DNA of 64,000 nucleotides from positions 416,001-480,000 of the forward strand of contig JABIAG010000001.1 in the NCBI GenBank assembly GCA_018653365.1. Reading direction: 5' to 3'. The notes under the pieces were generated by a model that saw only the letters and a program-made list of their open reading frames with translations, ran no database searches and was not told the DNA's origin. Source of the stretch: Candidatus Woesearchaeota archaeon (GTDB lineage: Archaea > Nanobdellota > Nanobdellia > Woesearchaeales > JABIAG01). Position numbers and translations under genes: made by a program. Of the stretch, positions 1 to 12,300 are shown piece by piece. Position 1 is the stretch's first letter, and the number at the start of each line of letters is the position of its first letter.

Positions 1-1311
1 AAGCGTTGTTTTTAATCTTAGACTTTTTAGTTCTTTTTTAATGTTTGGGATTACATCAATATTTGTGTATCCGTTTAGTTCAAGGACTTCTTTTAAATGT
101 TTTAATTTGTTTCGAGCAGGATGAATGTGTTTAGCAAATGTTCTTAAACTTTCGCCTCCAATAACTACTACTGTGTAAAACCATCCTTTTTTGTGTATTG
201 TTCGGCCATTAACTTGTGTGAATTCATCACAATACCTGGATCTGATTGATGAAATTATGTTTTCTCTGAGTAATAGTTTTGAAATATCTTCAGCTAAAAC
301 CTTGCTGGTTGTACAAAACCCGGTAGAATAAACTCTGTTGTTTTTAACTTCTAAATAACCATCCCCATCTAAATACCCACTTAAAAATTCAAAAACACAT
401 TCCTTTTTTAATCTAAATATAAACGAGGGTAGTTTAGATATTCGCGATTTTCGACCTTTGATAAATCCCAAGTTTTCTAAGAAATTAACCAAAAAAGAAG
501 AGGTTAAACCAAGAGTTGTGGTTCCGTTTTGATTTATTTTCTTCCAGGGCGATCTTTCAAATATTTTTTTAATTAGTTTAAAATAGTACTCAAGAACTTC
601 TTTATTCTTGTTTGAGGCATATAAATCCCTATGGTTTATGTATCCCTCTGCAAGTGAAAAACCCAATAACCGCATAAATTCTTCATTAATTCTTATTTTA
701 GGAAATGAACTTTTATCAGACGAAATTCGCGTTATTTGTTTAAATATGTCTGTTTGTTTTATTTTAATTTGTTCTGTTAACCTGTTAAGTATTTTAAGTT
801 TAAACTTGTATTCGCCGTTCAGTGCAGATCTTAATTGAGAATAAGAAAGATCTTCTTTGAACTGTTTTTCCCATAAATCTTTTATTGATCCAAACTTTTT
901 TATAATACTATTTTTAAGTTGTATTCGAAACAAACTATTTATTTCAGCAAAGCCTGTTTCAGGATAGTTCTTATATGTGTATTTAATTAATTCTTCATTT
1001 TTAAGTTCTTTAAATTTATTTTTTCTGATAAGTGCAATGAAGTCACCTTTTTTAAATTTGATTGCTTCTTTCCAACATAATTCTGAATTTTGAATTGTGA
1101 GAAACTTGTGGTTTTTTGTGCAAGCAATTTTTCTTCCTAAATTGCTTTCAATTTTTAAAAGTTGTTGTTGGTTTCTAGTTTTGAATTTGTTTAATATTGT
1201 CTCATTACTTAACTTTAAATTATTTAAACTTTGTACTTTTTGTTTTTTTAGATTTTTAATCTCAATCCATTCACCGTTAGAATTTAATATTTTTGTGTTA
1301 CCTTCAAGACA
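1..1311 (-). mobile_element. Intein with LAGLIDADG (DOD) homing endonuclease in Lhr; C-terminal splice junction lies outside the window
   Basis: The frame switches from extein LKAVV to CLEGNTKIL (block A, Cys codon 1311-1309). Block B IACTKNHKFLT follows, then endonuclease motifs LLGFSLAEGYI and FLSGYLDGDGYL. Confidence 0.9.
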
Positions 1312-2316
1312 AACCACAGCCTTAAGCTTACCGGCTTTCAAATTATTTTCTAATTTAAACCTGTGTTCTTTAGATAAACTGCCATGATGGGCACCGATAA
1401 GACTGGTTGCATCATCACCTTCTAAAGTATAATTTTTAGGAAACTTATCCTTTAAATGATGAACTACCCTTTCCGTAGCAGCCCGAGTGTTAGTAAAAAT
1501 TAAGGTTGTTCTATGTTTTTGAATTAGATCATCTATTAATTCATACATTTTTTGATGTAAATTTTCCTGAGAAATATTTATTAAATCCTTAACAGGACTA
1601 ATAACCTGAAAATCATACTCTTTAATGAATTGGACATCAACAATCTTACACTCGCGAGTTCCAACTAAAAATTCAGCAATACTTTCTAAAGGCGCAACAG
1701 TTGCGGAGAGCCCAACTCTGGTTAAACCTGGAGCAAGATATTGTAATCTTTCTAATGACAAAGAAAGATGCACTCCTCTCTTGTTTTCAGCTAAACTATG
1801 AATTTCATCAACAATACACCACTGTACACTACGAAAGTTTTCTCTAAACTTTGGAGAAGAAAGCATGATGGCTAAAGATTCAGGGGTGGTGATCAATATG
1901 TGGGGAGGACTTTTAGCAAGTTTAGCCCGTTCATACTGAGTGGTATCTCCTGTTCTTAACCCAACTCTCACCCCTTTATTCTTCATTTCTTCTAAAGGTT
2001 CAAGAAGATTTTTTTGAATATCATTAGAAAGAGCTTTAAGCGGTGAAAGATAAACACAATAAATTTTATCTTCTAATAACTTTTTTTCTTCAAGATCTAT
2101 AAGTTCATTTAAAATAGCACCAAAAGCAGAAAGTGTTTTTCCTGAACCTGTTGGAGCTGAAACTAAAACGTTTTCACGACTATGAATAGTGTAAATAGAA
2201 TACTCTTGCGGAAGAGTAAAATCTTTAAATTTAGTAAAAAACCATTTTTTAAAAGTAGGATTTAAAATATTAATGATCCTTTTTTTTGGAACTGGTTTGG
2301 TTAGGAAGGTTGCCAT
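1..2316 (-). CDS. lhr: ATP-dependent Lhr-like helicase, intein-containing (5' part; runs off the left edge; absent from the ORF track)
   Basis: Manual translation from ATG at 2316: MATFLTKPVPKK..., Walker A APTGSGKT, YLSPLKALSND, RTGDT, ITTPESL, DEIH, GLSAT, IFTNTR, AHHGSLS, LKAVV, then intein. Confidence 0.93.
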   Translation of the reverse strand, partial: MATFLTKPVPKKRIINILNPTFKKWFFTKFKDFTLPQEYSIYTIHSRENVLVSAPTGSGKTLSAFGAILNELIDLEEKKLLEDKIYCVYLSPLKALSNDIQKNLLEPLEEMKNKGVRVGLRTGDTTQYERAKLAKSPPHILITTPESLAIMLSSPKFRENFRSVQWCIVDEIHSLAENKRGVHLSLSLERLQYLAPGLTRVGLSATVAPLESIAEFLVGTRECKIVDVQFIKEYDFQVISPVKDLINISQENLHQKMYELIDDLIQKHRTTLIFTNTRAATERVVHHLKDKFPKNYTLEGDDATSLIGAHHGSLSKEHRFKLENNLKAGKLKAVVCLEGNTKILNSNGEWIEIKNLKKQKVQSLNNLKLSNETILNKFKTRNQQQLLKIESNLGRKIACTKNHKFLTIQNSELCWKEAIKFKKGDFIALIRKNKFKELKNEELIKYTYKNYPETGFAEINSLFRIQLKNSIIKKFGSIKDLWEKQFKEDLSYSQLRSALNGEYKFKLKILNRLTEQIKIKQTDIFKQITRISSDKSSFPKIRINEEFMRLLGFSLAEGYINHRDLYASNKNKEVLEYYFKLIKKIFERSPWKKINQNGTTTLGLTSSFLVNFLENLGFIKGRKSRISKLPSFIFRLKKECVFEFLSGYLDGDGYLEVKNNRVYSTGFCTTSKVLAEDISKLLLRENIISSIRSRYCDEFTQVNGRTIHKKGWFYTVVVIGGESLRTFAKHIHPARNKLKHLKEVLELNGYTNIDVIPNIKKELKSLRLKTTL

Positions 2317-3107
2317 TTTAGCTTGTTACGAACCACCTCTTCATCTTCAGGAAAAGTCAAACTAATCTGAGTATCATCGGTGGGAATAACTTTTACTTTA
2401 ATTAGGTTTTTTTTCATAAAATCGCCAACTTCATTAGGAAGCATGAACTCTTTTGAGGGATGTTTATCCTCAATAAACTGTTTGAAAACCTCTTCAAGAT
2501 AATCTAGAAAAGCAGGTTGTAAACCAAACAGGTTCAAAGACAAAAATGAATCCTCTTTGAACTTAGAAGGAATGTCATAAATTGTAACACCCAGTTTTTC
2601 TTCAATACTTTTCAAAAAAAGATTATCATCTGTTTTAATATATCCTTTGTTGCTCTTTTCTTTGGACAAAACATTCTTTGCCTTATAACCCGCAAGACAA
2701 TAATGCCCCTTGTTCTCTTTAAGATAATCAATTATACTTTTTAAAGTATTTTTGCCATAAATGTCATCACTATTTAAAACAATAAATGCGCTTTTTACAG
2801 ATTCTTTAGCAGAAAGAAGAGCGTGAGCAGTACCAAATGGCTTTTCTCTGTACTCGGGAGTTTGTTGAATACAATAACTGATTGGAATGTTCTTGAATTC
2901 AGTTCCAAACTCATCTTTTAGAGGGTTAAGCGATTTTTCACTAGCAACAAAAACAAAATTGTCAAACCCTGCAAAAACTGTTTGGTTAAGAGATAATTCT
3001 AATAAAGTTTCATTGTTTGGACCAATACGTGCCAAAAATTTCATTTTTCCCCCAAATCTGGAGGATGTACCTGCAGTAAGAAAAACTGCCGTAAGTTTGG
3101 TTGTCAT
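2301..3107 (-). CDS. Sugar-phosphate nucleotidyltransferase family protein
   Basis: LTAGTSSRFGG-K, KPFGTAHA and VLNSDDIYG motifs. Likely start is MTTKL at 3107, after a TATA-like element, rather than 3197. Confidence 0.85.
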   Translation of the reverse strand: MTTKLTAVFLTAGTSSRFGGKMKFLARIGPNNETLLELSLNQTVFAGFDNFVFVASEKSLNPLKDEFGTEFKNIPISYCIQQTPEYREKPFGTAHALLSAKESVKSAFIVLNSDDIYGKNTLKSIIDYLKENKGHYCLAGYKAKNVLSKEKSNKGYIKTDDNLFLKSIEEKLGVTIYDIPSKFKEDSFLSLNLFGLQPAFLDYLEEVFKQFIEDKHPSKEFMLPNEVGDFMKKNLIKVKVIPTDDTQISLTFPEDEEVVRNKLKWQPS

Positions 3108-3301
3108 AACCGTTTGGATGGGGAGTTGATTTAAATACTTTCTGGCAGGACCTGTCCAGTGTCCAGTGAAGGCTTTCACTAGTAAGTGATCACACAAAGT
3201 TTATATACTATTTTTACAAAAATAGAAGTATTACGGGTGAATAGTTTGGGGGAAATAGTTTACAATTTAGTGAATAGTACTTCCCTTTTTGGGGAGTACG
3301 T

Positions 3302-6300
3302 ATGAAAGACAATAACCTATGGTTTCATGTCTCTGTATTGCTAGTACTTATTATATTTCTAGTTTCATTTGGAACACACCTAAACTTCGTCGGTAAGACT
3401 ACTCATATACTTGGAATGTTTGTGGATGGAGAGTTCCAAGATAATGTAGATAAATGGTACGAATCTAATAAAGTATACTTGTGGAGTCCATCCTATAATG
3501 TGAACCTTCACGGAGTTGCGTTGTCTGGAAACGTATCTGGAACAGGAGAGGTCAAAACATATTTAGTTCATGAACAAGAACAATATCTGATAAATTCTTT
3601 CACCGTAGATAATGAGGTAGTACGTTTTGATGAATCCTGCACAGAAACCTGTGATTTAGGGGGGTTAGAATCTAAAAAATATTTGCTAAGATTTGAAATA
3701 GCTGGAGATGTACGTTACCAAATAAATTCTATTAAGTATTCAAGTAGCTCAATTATTGGACAAGAAGAAATCGTAGACCGTTTCTCCCCAACAACACCCG
3801 TTGAAGAATTAGTTGATGATTTAGTTCTTGAACTTGAGGGAACTGAAAAAGCAATCCCTGAAGACATAACTGTTAGTTTTAAGAATGAATTGGGATATGA
3901 ATTGTCTGCCCAAAAAACAAAAAGACAAGACGGCAAGTTTGACTTGGTATTTGGCGAAGAAGCTCCTGCATTCGGAGCAGCATCTGAAAGTCCAAAATCA
4001 AAAGTAACTGTAAAAGGATTGACCAAATCAGTAAATGCAAAGCTGGGCACTCTTGAAGGAAAAAATACAGAAGTTTTTGCAATGGATCACGTAACCGTGG
4101 ACGAAGCAATAGTTACACTAACAAAGACTGGCGAAGTAAACGCGATACAGAAATGTGACGAGTTTGACGTAACTGGATTTAGTTGTAATTCTGGCTGGTA
4201 TGAAACTAATCTTGACTTCACAGATAATGGGGCCACCATAACATTCACAGTTAATTCTTTTAGTGGATATGCGGGAATAAATTCATCATCACAAACTAAT
4301 TCTGAATGGATAATGCAAGGAAGATTCTTAAATCATACTGGTTATTATCCTGAATCACTGAATATATCTTCATTAAGTAATATGTGGACATATTCTACGG
4401 GAAGTTCTTTATCTGAAGGGCCTGCAATAAAAGATGGCGTTGCATACTTACCTGCAAATGATCAAAAATTACACGCAATAAACTTAACAGACGGTGAAAA
4501 AATTTGGGAGGTACCTCTGGTAACCTCTTCACAAGCAAGACCTGCATTGGTAAATGGAGTACTTTATTTTGGAAGTGCAACGGGAATATTCTATGCAATA
4601 AACATAACCGATCAATCAGAGGTATGGAATTTTTCATCACCAAACCAGATAAGAACTAGTGCTGCAGTTGTTGACGGAAAAGTGTTCTTTGGATCAACAA
4701 TGGAAGAGTACTTTGCACTAAATCAAACAAACGGAGAACAAATCTGGAACAATTCACACAGTGTTGGTGTTGGAGGCGCTTCATCCTCCCCAGGATATAG
4801 CGACGGAATGATCTTTTATGGAAGTAGGGGAAGAAAGTTTTATGCAGTAAATGCAACAAATGGGGAACAAATCTGGAATCAAAGTGGTTACGGATATGAT
4901 TTAGCCAGTACCCCCCTAATTGTTAGAGACGAAGTTTTTTTTGGTGCTTACTTACAGGTATACTCATATAATAAAACCAATGGGGATTTAATCTGGAATT
5001 TTTCTAAAAGTAGTAATTATTTTCTTGCAGGCCTGGCAACAGATCAAGAAAAAATTTATGCAGGTTCTTATGATGATAAATTATATGCATTAAATATAAC
5101 AAACGGTGAACAAGTATGGAACTTCTCAGCCGGAAATAACATTTACGCAACAGCAACAACAACACCAACAGAGGTAATTTTAGCAGCAAACAATTCAGTG
5201 TTTATTATTAATTCAACAACAGGAGAACAAATCTGGAATTACACAATACACGATACAACTCAAGCACAACCCGCGATTGTGGATGGAAACTTGTTTGTGG
5301 CATCAGAAAATGGCGATTTATATGCGTTTGGAACTGTTATTGATTACACTCCTGATACAACTTCATACAATCAATCTTCAGAAAACCAATCAGAATGGTG
5401 GATGTTTGGAAAATATTTGAATCACACAAGTTGGGATGGAGTAAGTTATCCAACTGTGAGTGGATTGAACCGAGCTAATTTTACAGCGACAAATAATTTT
5501 TATAGCGGAATAGCCGTTGCTGAAGGCGCAGTATATGCTGGAAGCTGGGATAAAAACGTATATCGGTTTAATGCAACTAATATTTCCCTGACTGAAACGA
5601 GTTTTTTAACTGGAGGAGTCATTTATACTTCTTCGCCAGTTATTGTTGAGGGTTTTGTTTATGTTGGAAGTGATGATGGTCGTATTTATCAATTAAATTC
5701 TAGTACTATGGTACAACATGCTAATTTTACTACCGGGAACCAAGTGCGTTCCAGTCCTGCTGTTGCTAATGGATATGTTTATGTTGGAAGTAATGATCAT
5801 AATGTTTATCAATTGAATGCAAGTAATGTTTCTATACAATATGCGAATTTTACTACTGGGGGAACTGTTTATTCTAGTCCTGCTGTTGCTAATGGCTACG
5901 TTTATATTGGAAGTGCGGATAATAATGTTTATCAATTAAATGCGAATAATGTTAGTATTCAGTATGCTAATTTTACTACGCCGGACCAACAATATTCGGG
6001 ACCTGCTGTTGTTGATGGATTTGTTTACGTGGGAGGTTCAGATTTTAGCGAAACAACAGGTCATATTTTTAAATTGAATGCGAGTAATATTTCCATACAA
6101 TCTTCTAACTTTACCGTCTTAAATGGGATTTTTACTTATTCATCCCCCACAATTGTTGAGGACTCAATTTACATTGGAAATACTGATGGAACCATTTATC
6201 AAATAAATAAAACAACTATGAATCAAACAGCTAATTTTACTTCTGGAGACAGCATTCAATCAGCACCTGCTGTTGCGGACGGATTTGTTTATGTTGGAAG

Positions 6301-9300
6301 CAATGATTATAACGTTTATCAGTTGAATTCCAGTACTTTAGTACAGTATGCCAATTTTACAACGGGGGGGATTGTTTTTTCTTCTCCTGCGGTTGCTAAT
6401 GGTTATGTATATGTGGGGAGTGCGGATGATAGTTTGTATCAACTTTTAGCAAGTAATATTAGTTTAGGGAATGCAGTTGCAATTGATTCTTTAGTAAACA
6501 TAACCCTTACATATCCAACAACCAATATTAACGTAACACAAAATGAATGGTTTAATGTTACTTTGAATGCAAGTTGCATACAAGGGAATTGCGGAGAATC
6601 CAATGTTAGTTTACGTAATGGAATAACGTATTTAACTTATTTGGGGGAGACGTCGAGCGATTATGGAACTTCTATTGTTGAGACTAGTGATGGTGGTTTT
6701 GTCGTAACGGGTGACACTCTTTCTTATGGGGGGGTGGGTGGTGATCTGTTATTATCCAAGTTTGATAGTTCTGGCAATGAATTGTGGACTAAAAGTTTGG
6801 GAGGAGATTCTAGTGAGAGGGGCTATAGTGTTGTTGAGACTAGTGATGGTGGTTTTATTGTTACAGGCCATACTTACAGTTATGGTGGTAGCGATTATGA
6901 TGTTTTGTTAGTTAAGTTTAATAGTTCTGGGGCTGAACAGTGGACAAAGAGTTTAGGAGGAAGTAGTTCTGAGAAAGGCTTTGATGTTGTTGAGACTAGC
7001 GAGGGTGATTTTGTTGTTACAGGGTCCACTCAGAGTTATGGTGATGGTGGAGATAGTATTTTGTTAGTTAAGTTTAATAGTTCGGGGGTTGAACAGTGGA
7101 CAAAGAGTTTAGGGGGAAATAATAACGATGTGGGTAGAAGTATTGTTGAGACTAGTGATGGTGGTTTTGTCGTAACAGGTTATACTCAGAGTTATGGTGA
7201 TGGTGGAGTAGATGTCTTGTTAGCTAAGTTTAACAGTTCGGGTAATGAATTATGGACTAAAAGTGTGGGCGGGGCATCTGTTGAATGGGGATATGATGTT
7301 ATTGAAATTAGTGGTGGTTTTGTTGTAACAGGTTATACTCATAGTTATGGAAGTAGTGATGCAGACGTTTTATTAATTAAGTTTGATAGTTCAGGTAATG
7401 AATTATGGACTAAGTATTTGTCGGGGAATAGCGATGATGAAGGCCACGCCGTTGTTGAGGCTAGTGATGGCGGTTTTGTTGTAACTGGACGTACTAAGAG
7501 TTATGGTGGTATAGATATTGATGTTTTGTTAGTTAAGTTTGATAGTTCGGGTAATGAATTATGGACTAAGAGTCTGGGTGGAGGACTGACCGATATTGGG
7601 GAGTCTATTATTGAGACTGATGATAAAGGGTTTGTCGTTTCTGGCTCTACAAGTAGTTATGGGGGAAGCAGTGCAGATATATTGTTAGTTAAGTTTGATC
7701 ATTTAGGAAATGTTGAGGGACTAGAAAATATAGTTAGTGAGAGTGCGTATTCTTCTTCTTATTCTGTAAGTGCAGTGACAAACATCACGGCAGAATCAGA
7801 CGAGACTGTGGCTGAATCTGATGAAGATGTGACTGAATTGGATGAAACTGCAGTTTGGGAAAGAGTTCAGGTGGGTTATCCCTTAGTTCATGTTGGATCT
7901 AATGTTACTCTGTATACAAACAAATCAAATAATCCTAGCACTATATCTTTAAACAGTGGTGAATCAGAATTGGTTGTTTTTTATGTGAATGCGACTGGGA
8001 ACAATATGTCTACTTATGAAATATTTGGTATTGTTAATTTAACTGACAGTTTAAATATTAATTCCCAAACATCTAAAATAAATGTTACAATCTTAACGGT
8101 AGTTGATACGATATTACCGAATGTTACTTTATCTTTGCCTGTTAATGAAACTAATACAACCGATACCACAATATACTTTGCTGGTAATGCAAGTGATGAA
8201 ACTGCATTAGATAATGTTAGTTTAATGTTAAATGGAGAATATAATTTTACTAATTCTACTGGATTAATAAATGGAAGTTATAATATATCTTTTACTTTTG
8301 CACAAACTAATGCTACTTACTTATGGGGCTTAGAAGCGTGTGATACTAGTGGAAATTGTAATACAACAGAAAATAGAACTTTGTGGACTTATTATGATCC
8401 TCAACCAATTGCAATGCAATCATCAGAAAATGAAACTGAATGGTGGATGTTTGGAAAATATTTAAATCATACTTCTTGGGATGGAGTAAGCTATCCAACA
8501 ATAAATGGATTGAATCGGGCTAATTTCACCTCATCGAGTAATTTTCATGCGGGTGCAGCTGTTGTTAACGGTTTTGTTTATGTTGGAAGTTATGATAATA
8601 ATGTTTATCAGTTGAATGCTTCGAATATTAGTATTCAATATGCTAATTTTACAACAGGTCATTTTGTGCTTTCGAGCCCAGTAGCGGGTGGTGGTTTTGT
8701 TTATGTTAGTGGTTTCGATAATTATACTTATCAGTTGAATGCTTCAAATATTAGTCAACAAGTTGCTAATTTCACAACAAACTATCGTGCTTTCGTTCCG
8801 GTAGTTGCTAACGGATATGTTTATTTAGGTAGTAACGATCATAATGTTTATCAGTTGAATGCTTCGAATATTAGTCAACAAGTTGCTAATTTCACAACAG
8901 GCCATGAAGTTTGGTGGAGCCCTGCTGTTGCTAATGGTTATGTTTATGTTGGAAGTTATGATAATACGGTTTATCAATTGAATGCTAGTAATATCGGCCA
9001 ACAAGTTGCTAACTTTACGGGGGGGGGTGCTTATTCTTCAGCTCCGGTTGTTGTTGATGGTTTTGTTTATGTTGGCGGGGCTAAATTTTATCAGTTAAAC
9101 GCTTCGAATATTAGTATTCAATATGCTAATTTTAGTACTGGAGGCAGTCTTACTTCTAGCCCAGCTGTTGTTGATGGTTTTGTTTATGTTGGATGCGAAA
9201 ACAATGACATTTACCAATTGAATGCTTCAAATATTAGTATTCAATATGCCAACTTTACATCGGGTGATAGAATTTATGCTCCTAGTGTGGCTGATGGCTT

Positions 9301-12300
9301 TGTTTATGTTGGAAGTATGGATGACAACATTTATCAGTTAAACGCTTCGAATATTAGTATTCAATATGCTAATTTTACAACTGGAAATAATGTTTATGCA
9401 ACTCCTGCTGTTGCTAATGGTTATGTTTATGTTGGGAGTTGGGACGATTCGTTTTATCAGTTGTTAGCAAGTAATATAAGCCAAGGAAATGCTGCTGCAA
9501 TAGTTGATACAACCTTGCCTAATGTTACTTTAGAAGCTCCAATTAATGAAACGAATACTACCGATACCACAATATACTTTGCTGGTAATGCAAGTGATGA
9601 AACTGCATTAGATAATGTTAGTTTATTATTGGATGGAGAGTATAATTATACTAATTCTAGTGGATTAGTGAATGGTAGTTACAATATATCTTTTACTTTT
9701 GCACAAGATAATGTCACTTACTTATGGGCATTAGAAAGTTGTGACACAAGTGGGAACTGTAATACTACTGAGAACTTTACTTTGTATACGCATTATTATG
9801 TTGAACCCCCTACTGTTTACAATCAATCATCAGAAAACGCAACCGAATGGTGGATGTTTGGGAAATTCTTAAATCATACTAGTTGGGATGGAGTAAGTTA
9901 TCCCACAGTTAGTGGATTGAATCGGGCTAATTTTACGACAGGCAATTTTGTTTATTCTAGTCCTGCTGTTGCGAATGGTTTTGTTTATATTGGGAGTTAT
10001 GATAATAATGTTTATCAGTTGAATGCTTCAAACCTTTCAATACAGTATGCTAATTTTACGACAGGGGGTCTTACTTCTTCTTCACCTGCAGTGGTGAACG
10101 GTTTTGTTTATGTTGGAAGCAGAGATGACACACTTTATCAGTTGAATGTCTCTAATATCAGCCAACAAATTGCGAACTTTACTACGGGGGGGGATATTGA
10201 TTCCAGTCCTGTTGTTGCGGATGGTTTTGTTTATGTTGGAAGTGATGATAATAATCTTTATCAGTTGAATGCAAGTAATGTTAGTATACAATATGCTAAT
10301 TTTACAATCAGTCAGGATGTTTCCTCTATTCCTGCTGTTGCTAATGGTTTTGTTTATGTTGGGGGAGTTGATTCTTATGTTTATCAATTGAATGCATCTA
10401 ACATTAGTCAACAGTTTGCTAACTTTTCAACGTCCGGCATCGTTCTTTCCAGTCCTGCTGTTGCGGATGGTTTTGTTTATATCGGAAGTTTTGATGATAA
10501 GACTGTTTATCAGTTGAATGCTAGTAATATTAGTATTCAATATGCTACTTTTATAACTGGAGGAACTGTTAAGTCTAGTCCTGTTGTTGCGGATGGTTTT
10601 GTTTATATTGGGAGTTATGATAATAATACTTACCAGTTGAATGCTTCAAACATCAGTATTCAATATGCTAATTTTACGACAGGGGATGACATTCATTCTA
10701 GTCCTACGGTTGCGAATGGTTTTGTTTATGTTGGGAGTTATGATAATAATCTTTATCAGTTGAATGCAAGTAACGTTAGCATACAATATGCTAATTTTTC
10801 AATTGGCTTAGATGTTTTTTCTAGTCCTGCGGTTGCAAATGGATATGTTTATTTGGGCATTGGTTATGGCGTATACCAATTATTAGCAAGTAACATAAGC
10901 CAAGGAAATGCTGCTGCAATAGTTGATTCAACTTTGCCTAATGCTACTCTGGAAGCTCCTGTTAATGAAACCAATACTACTTCAACTGTTGTTTATTTTG
11001 CTGGTAATGCAAGTGATGAAACTGCATTAGCTAATGTTAGTTTATTATTGGATGGAGCGTATAACTTTTCTAATTCAAGTGGATTGGTGAATGGTTCGTA
11101 TAATATATCTTTTACCTTTGCACAAGATAATGCAACTTACTTGTGGGGATTAGAAGCATGTGATACAGGTGGCAATTGTAATACTACTGATAATTACACT
11201 TTGATAACATATTATGAAGTTGTTCCTTTGGTCTCAGGAGCAAATAGTTCATCACAAAACACTTCAGAATGGAGAATGTTAGGAAGATACCTAAATCATA
11301 CTGGTTATTATCCTGCAGAAGTTAACATGAGCGGATTTGGACAATTATGGAACTTTAGTGCAGGAACAGACTTTGTATACGCAACTCCAACAATAGCAAA
11401 CGGAATGGTATATGCCTCAACAGGATCTACCCAAGGAAGATACACATACGCACTTAACAAAACAACAGGAAGCATAATCTGGAATTTTACAAGAGAAGAA
11501 AATGATTTTGCTTATTCCTCTCCAGCAATAGCAGATGGAAAAGCATTCTTTGGCTCTGATAGCGCTGTATTCTTTGCAGTTAATGATACTACTGGACTAC
11601 AATTATGGAATTATACTTTTGGAAGCACACAATATATCCGTGCTTCACCAACAGTAGCAAATGGATTAGTCTATTTAGCAACTATAGATGGCGGAGCAGG
11701 AGACGGAACATTCTATGCCCTGAACTCAACTAATGGAAGCATAGTTTGGTTTAAAGCCGGAGGCGAATCCCAAAATTCTCCAACAGTTGCAGACGGACTT
11801 GTTTACAATGTAGATGAAAAAATATTATATGCGTATAACGCCACTGATGGAACGCAAGAATGGAGCTTTAACTTACGAGCAAATTCTCAAACCTTACAGG
11901 GAGGGCCTCCAGTATCAAAAGGAATGTTGTACCTGACAACCATCTTAGACAATTACACTTATGCATTAAATGCTTCCACAGGAACACAAATATGGAATTT
12001 TTCCATGTTAGAAAGAACTGCAAAATATCCTGCAATAGCAAACGATATACTGTATGTTACAACAAATAACAATAGAACCTATGCACTAAACGCTACAAAC
12101 GGAACACAGATCTGGAACTACACCACAAACGGAGGTTTAGGAGCTGCAACTGTCAGTGAGGGAGTGGTATTTGTAGGAAGTGCAGATAAATCATTATACG
12201 CATTGAACGCTACAACCGGAGTATACATCTGGGAGTCAACACACTCACAAAGCACCATAACTGCAGCATCAATAGCAGACGAAATTGTCTACTACGGATC

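Noticed and set aside
608-1387. Plus-strand ORFs 608-838 and 1097-1387, and similar short antisense ORFs throughout the track
   Set aside because: Shadow ORFs opposite well-supported genes (here the Lhr intein), with no motifs.
5390-10900. Diversity-generating retroelement or CRISPR array in the repeats
   Set aside because: The repeats are in-frame coding blades. No reverse transcriptase, template repeat, cas gene or repeat-spacer structure is present in the window.
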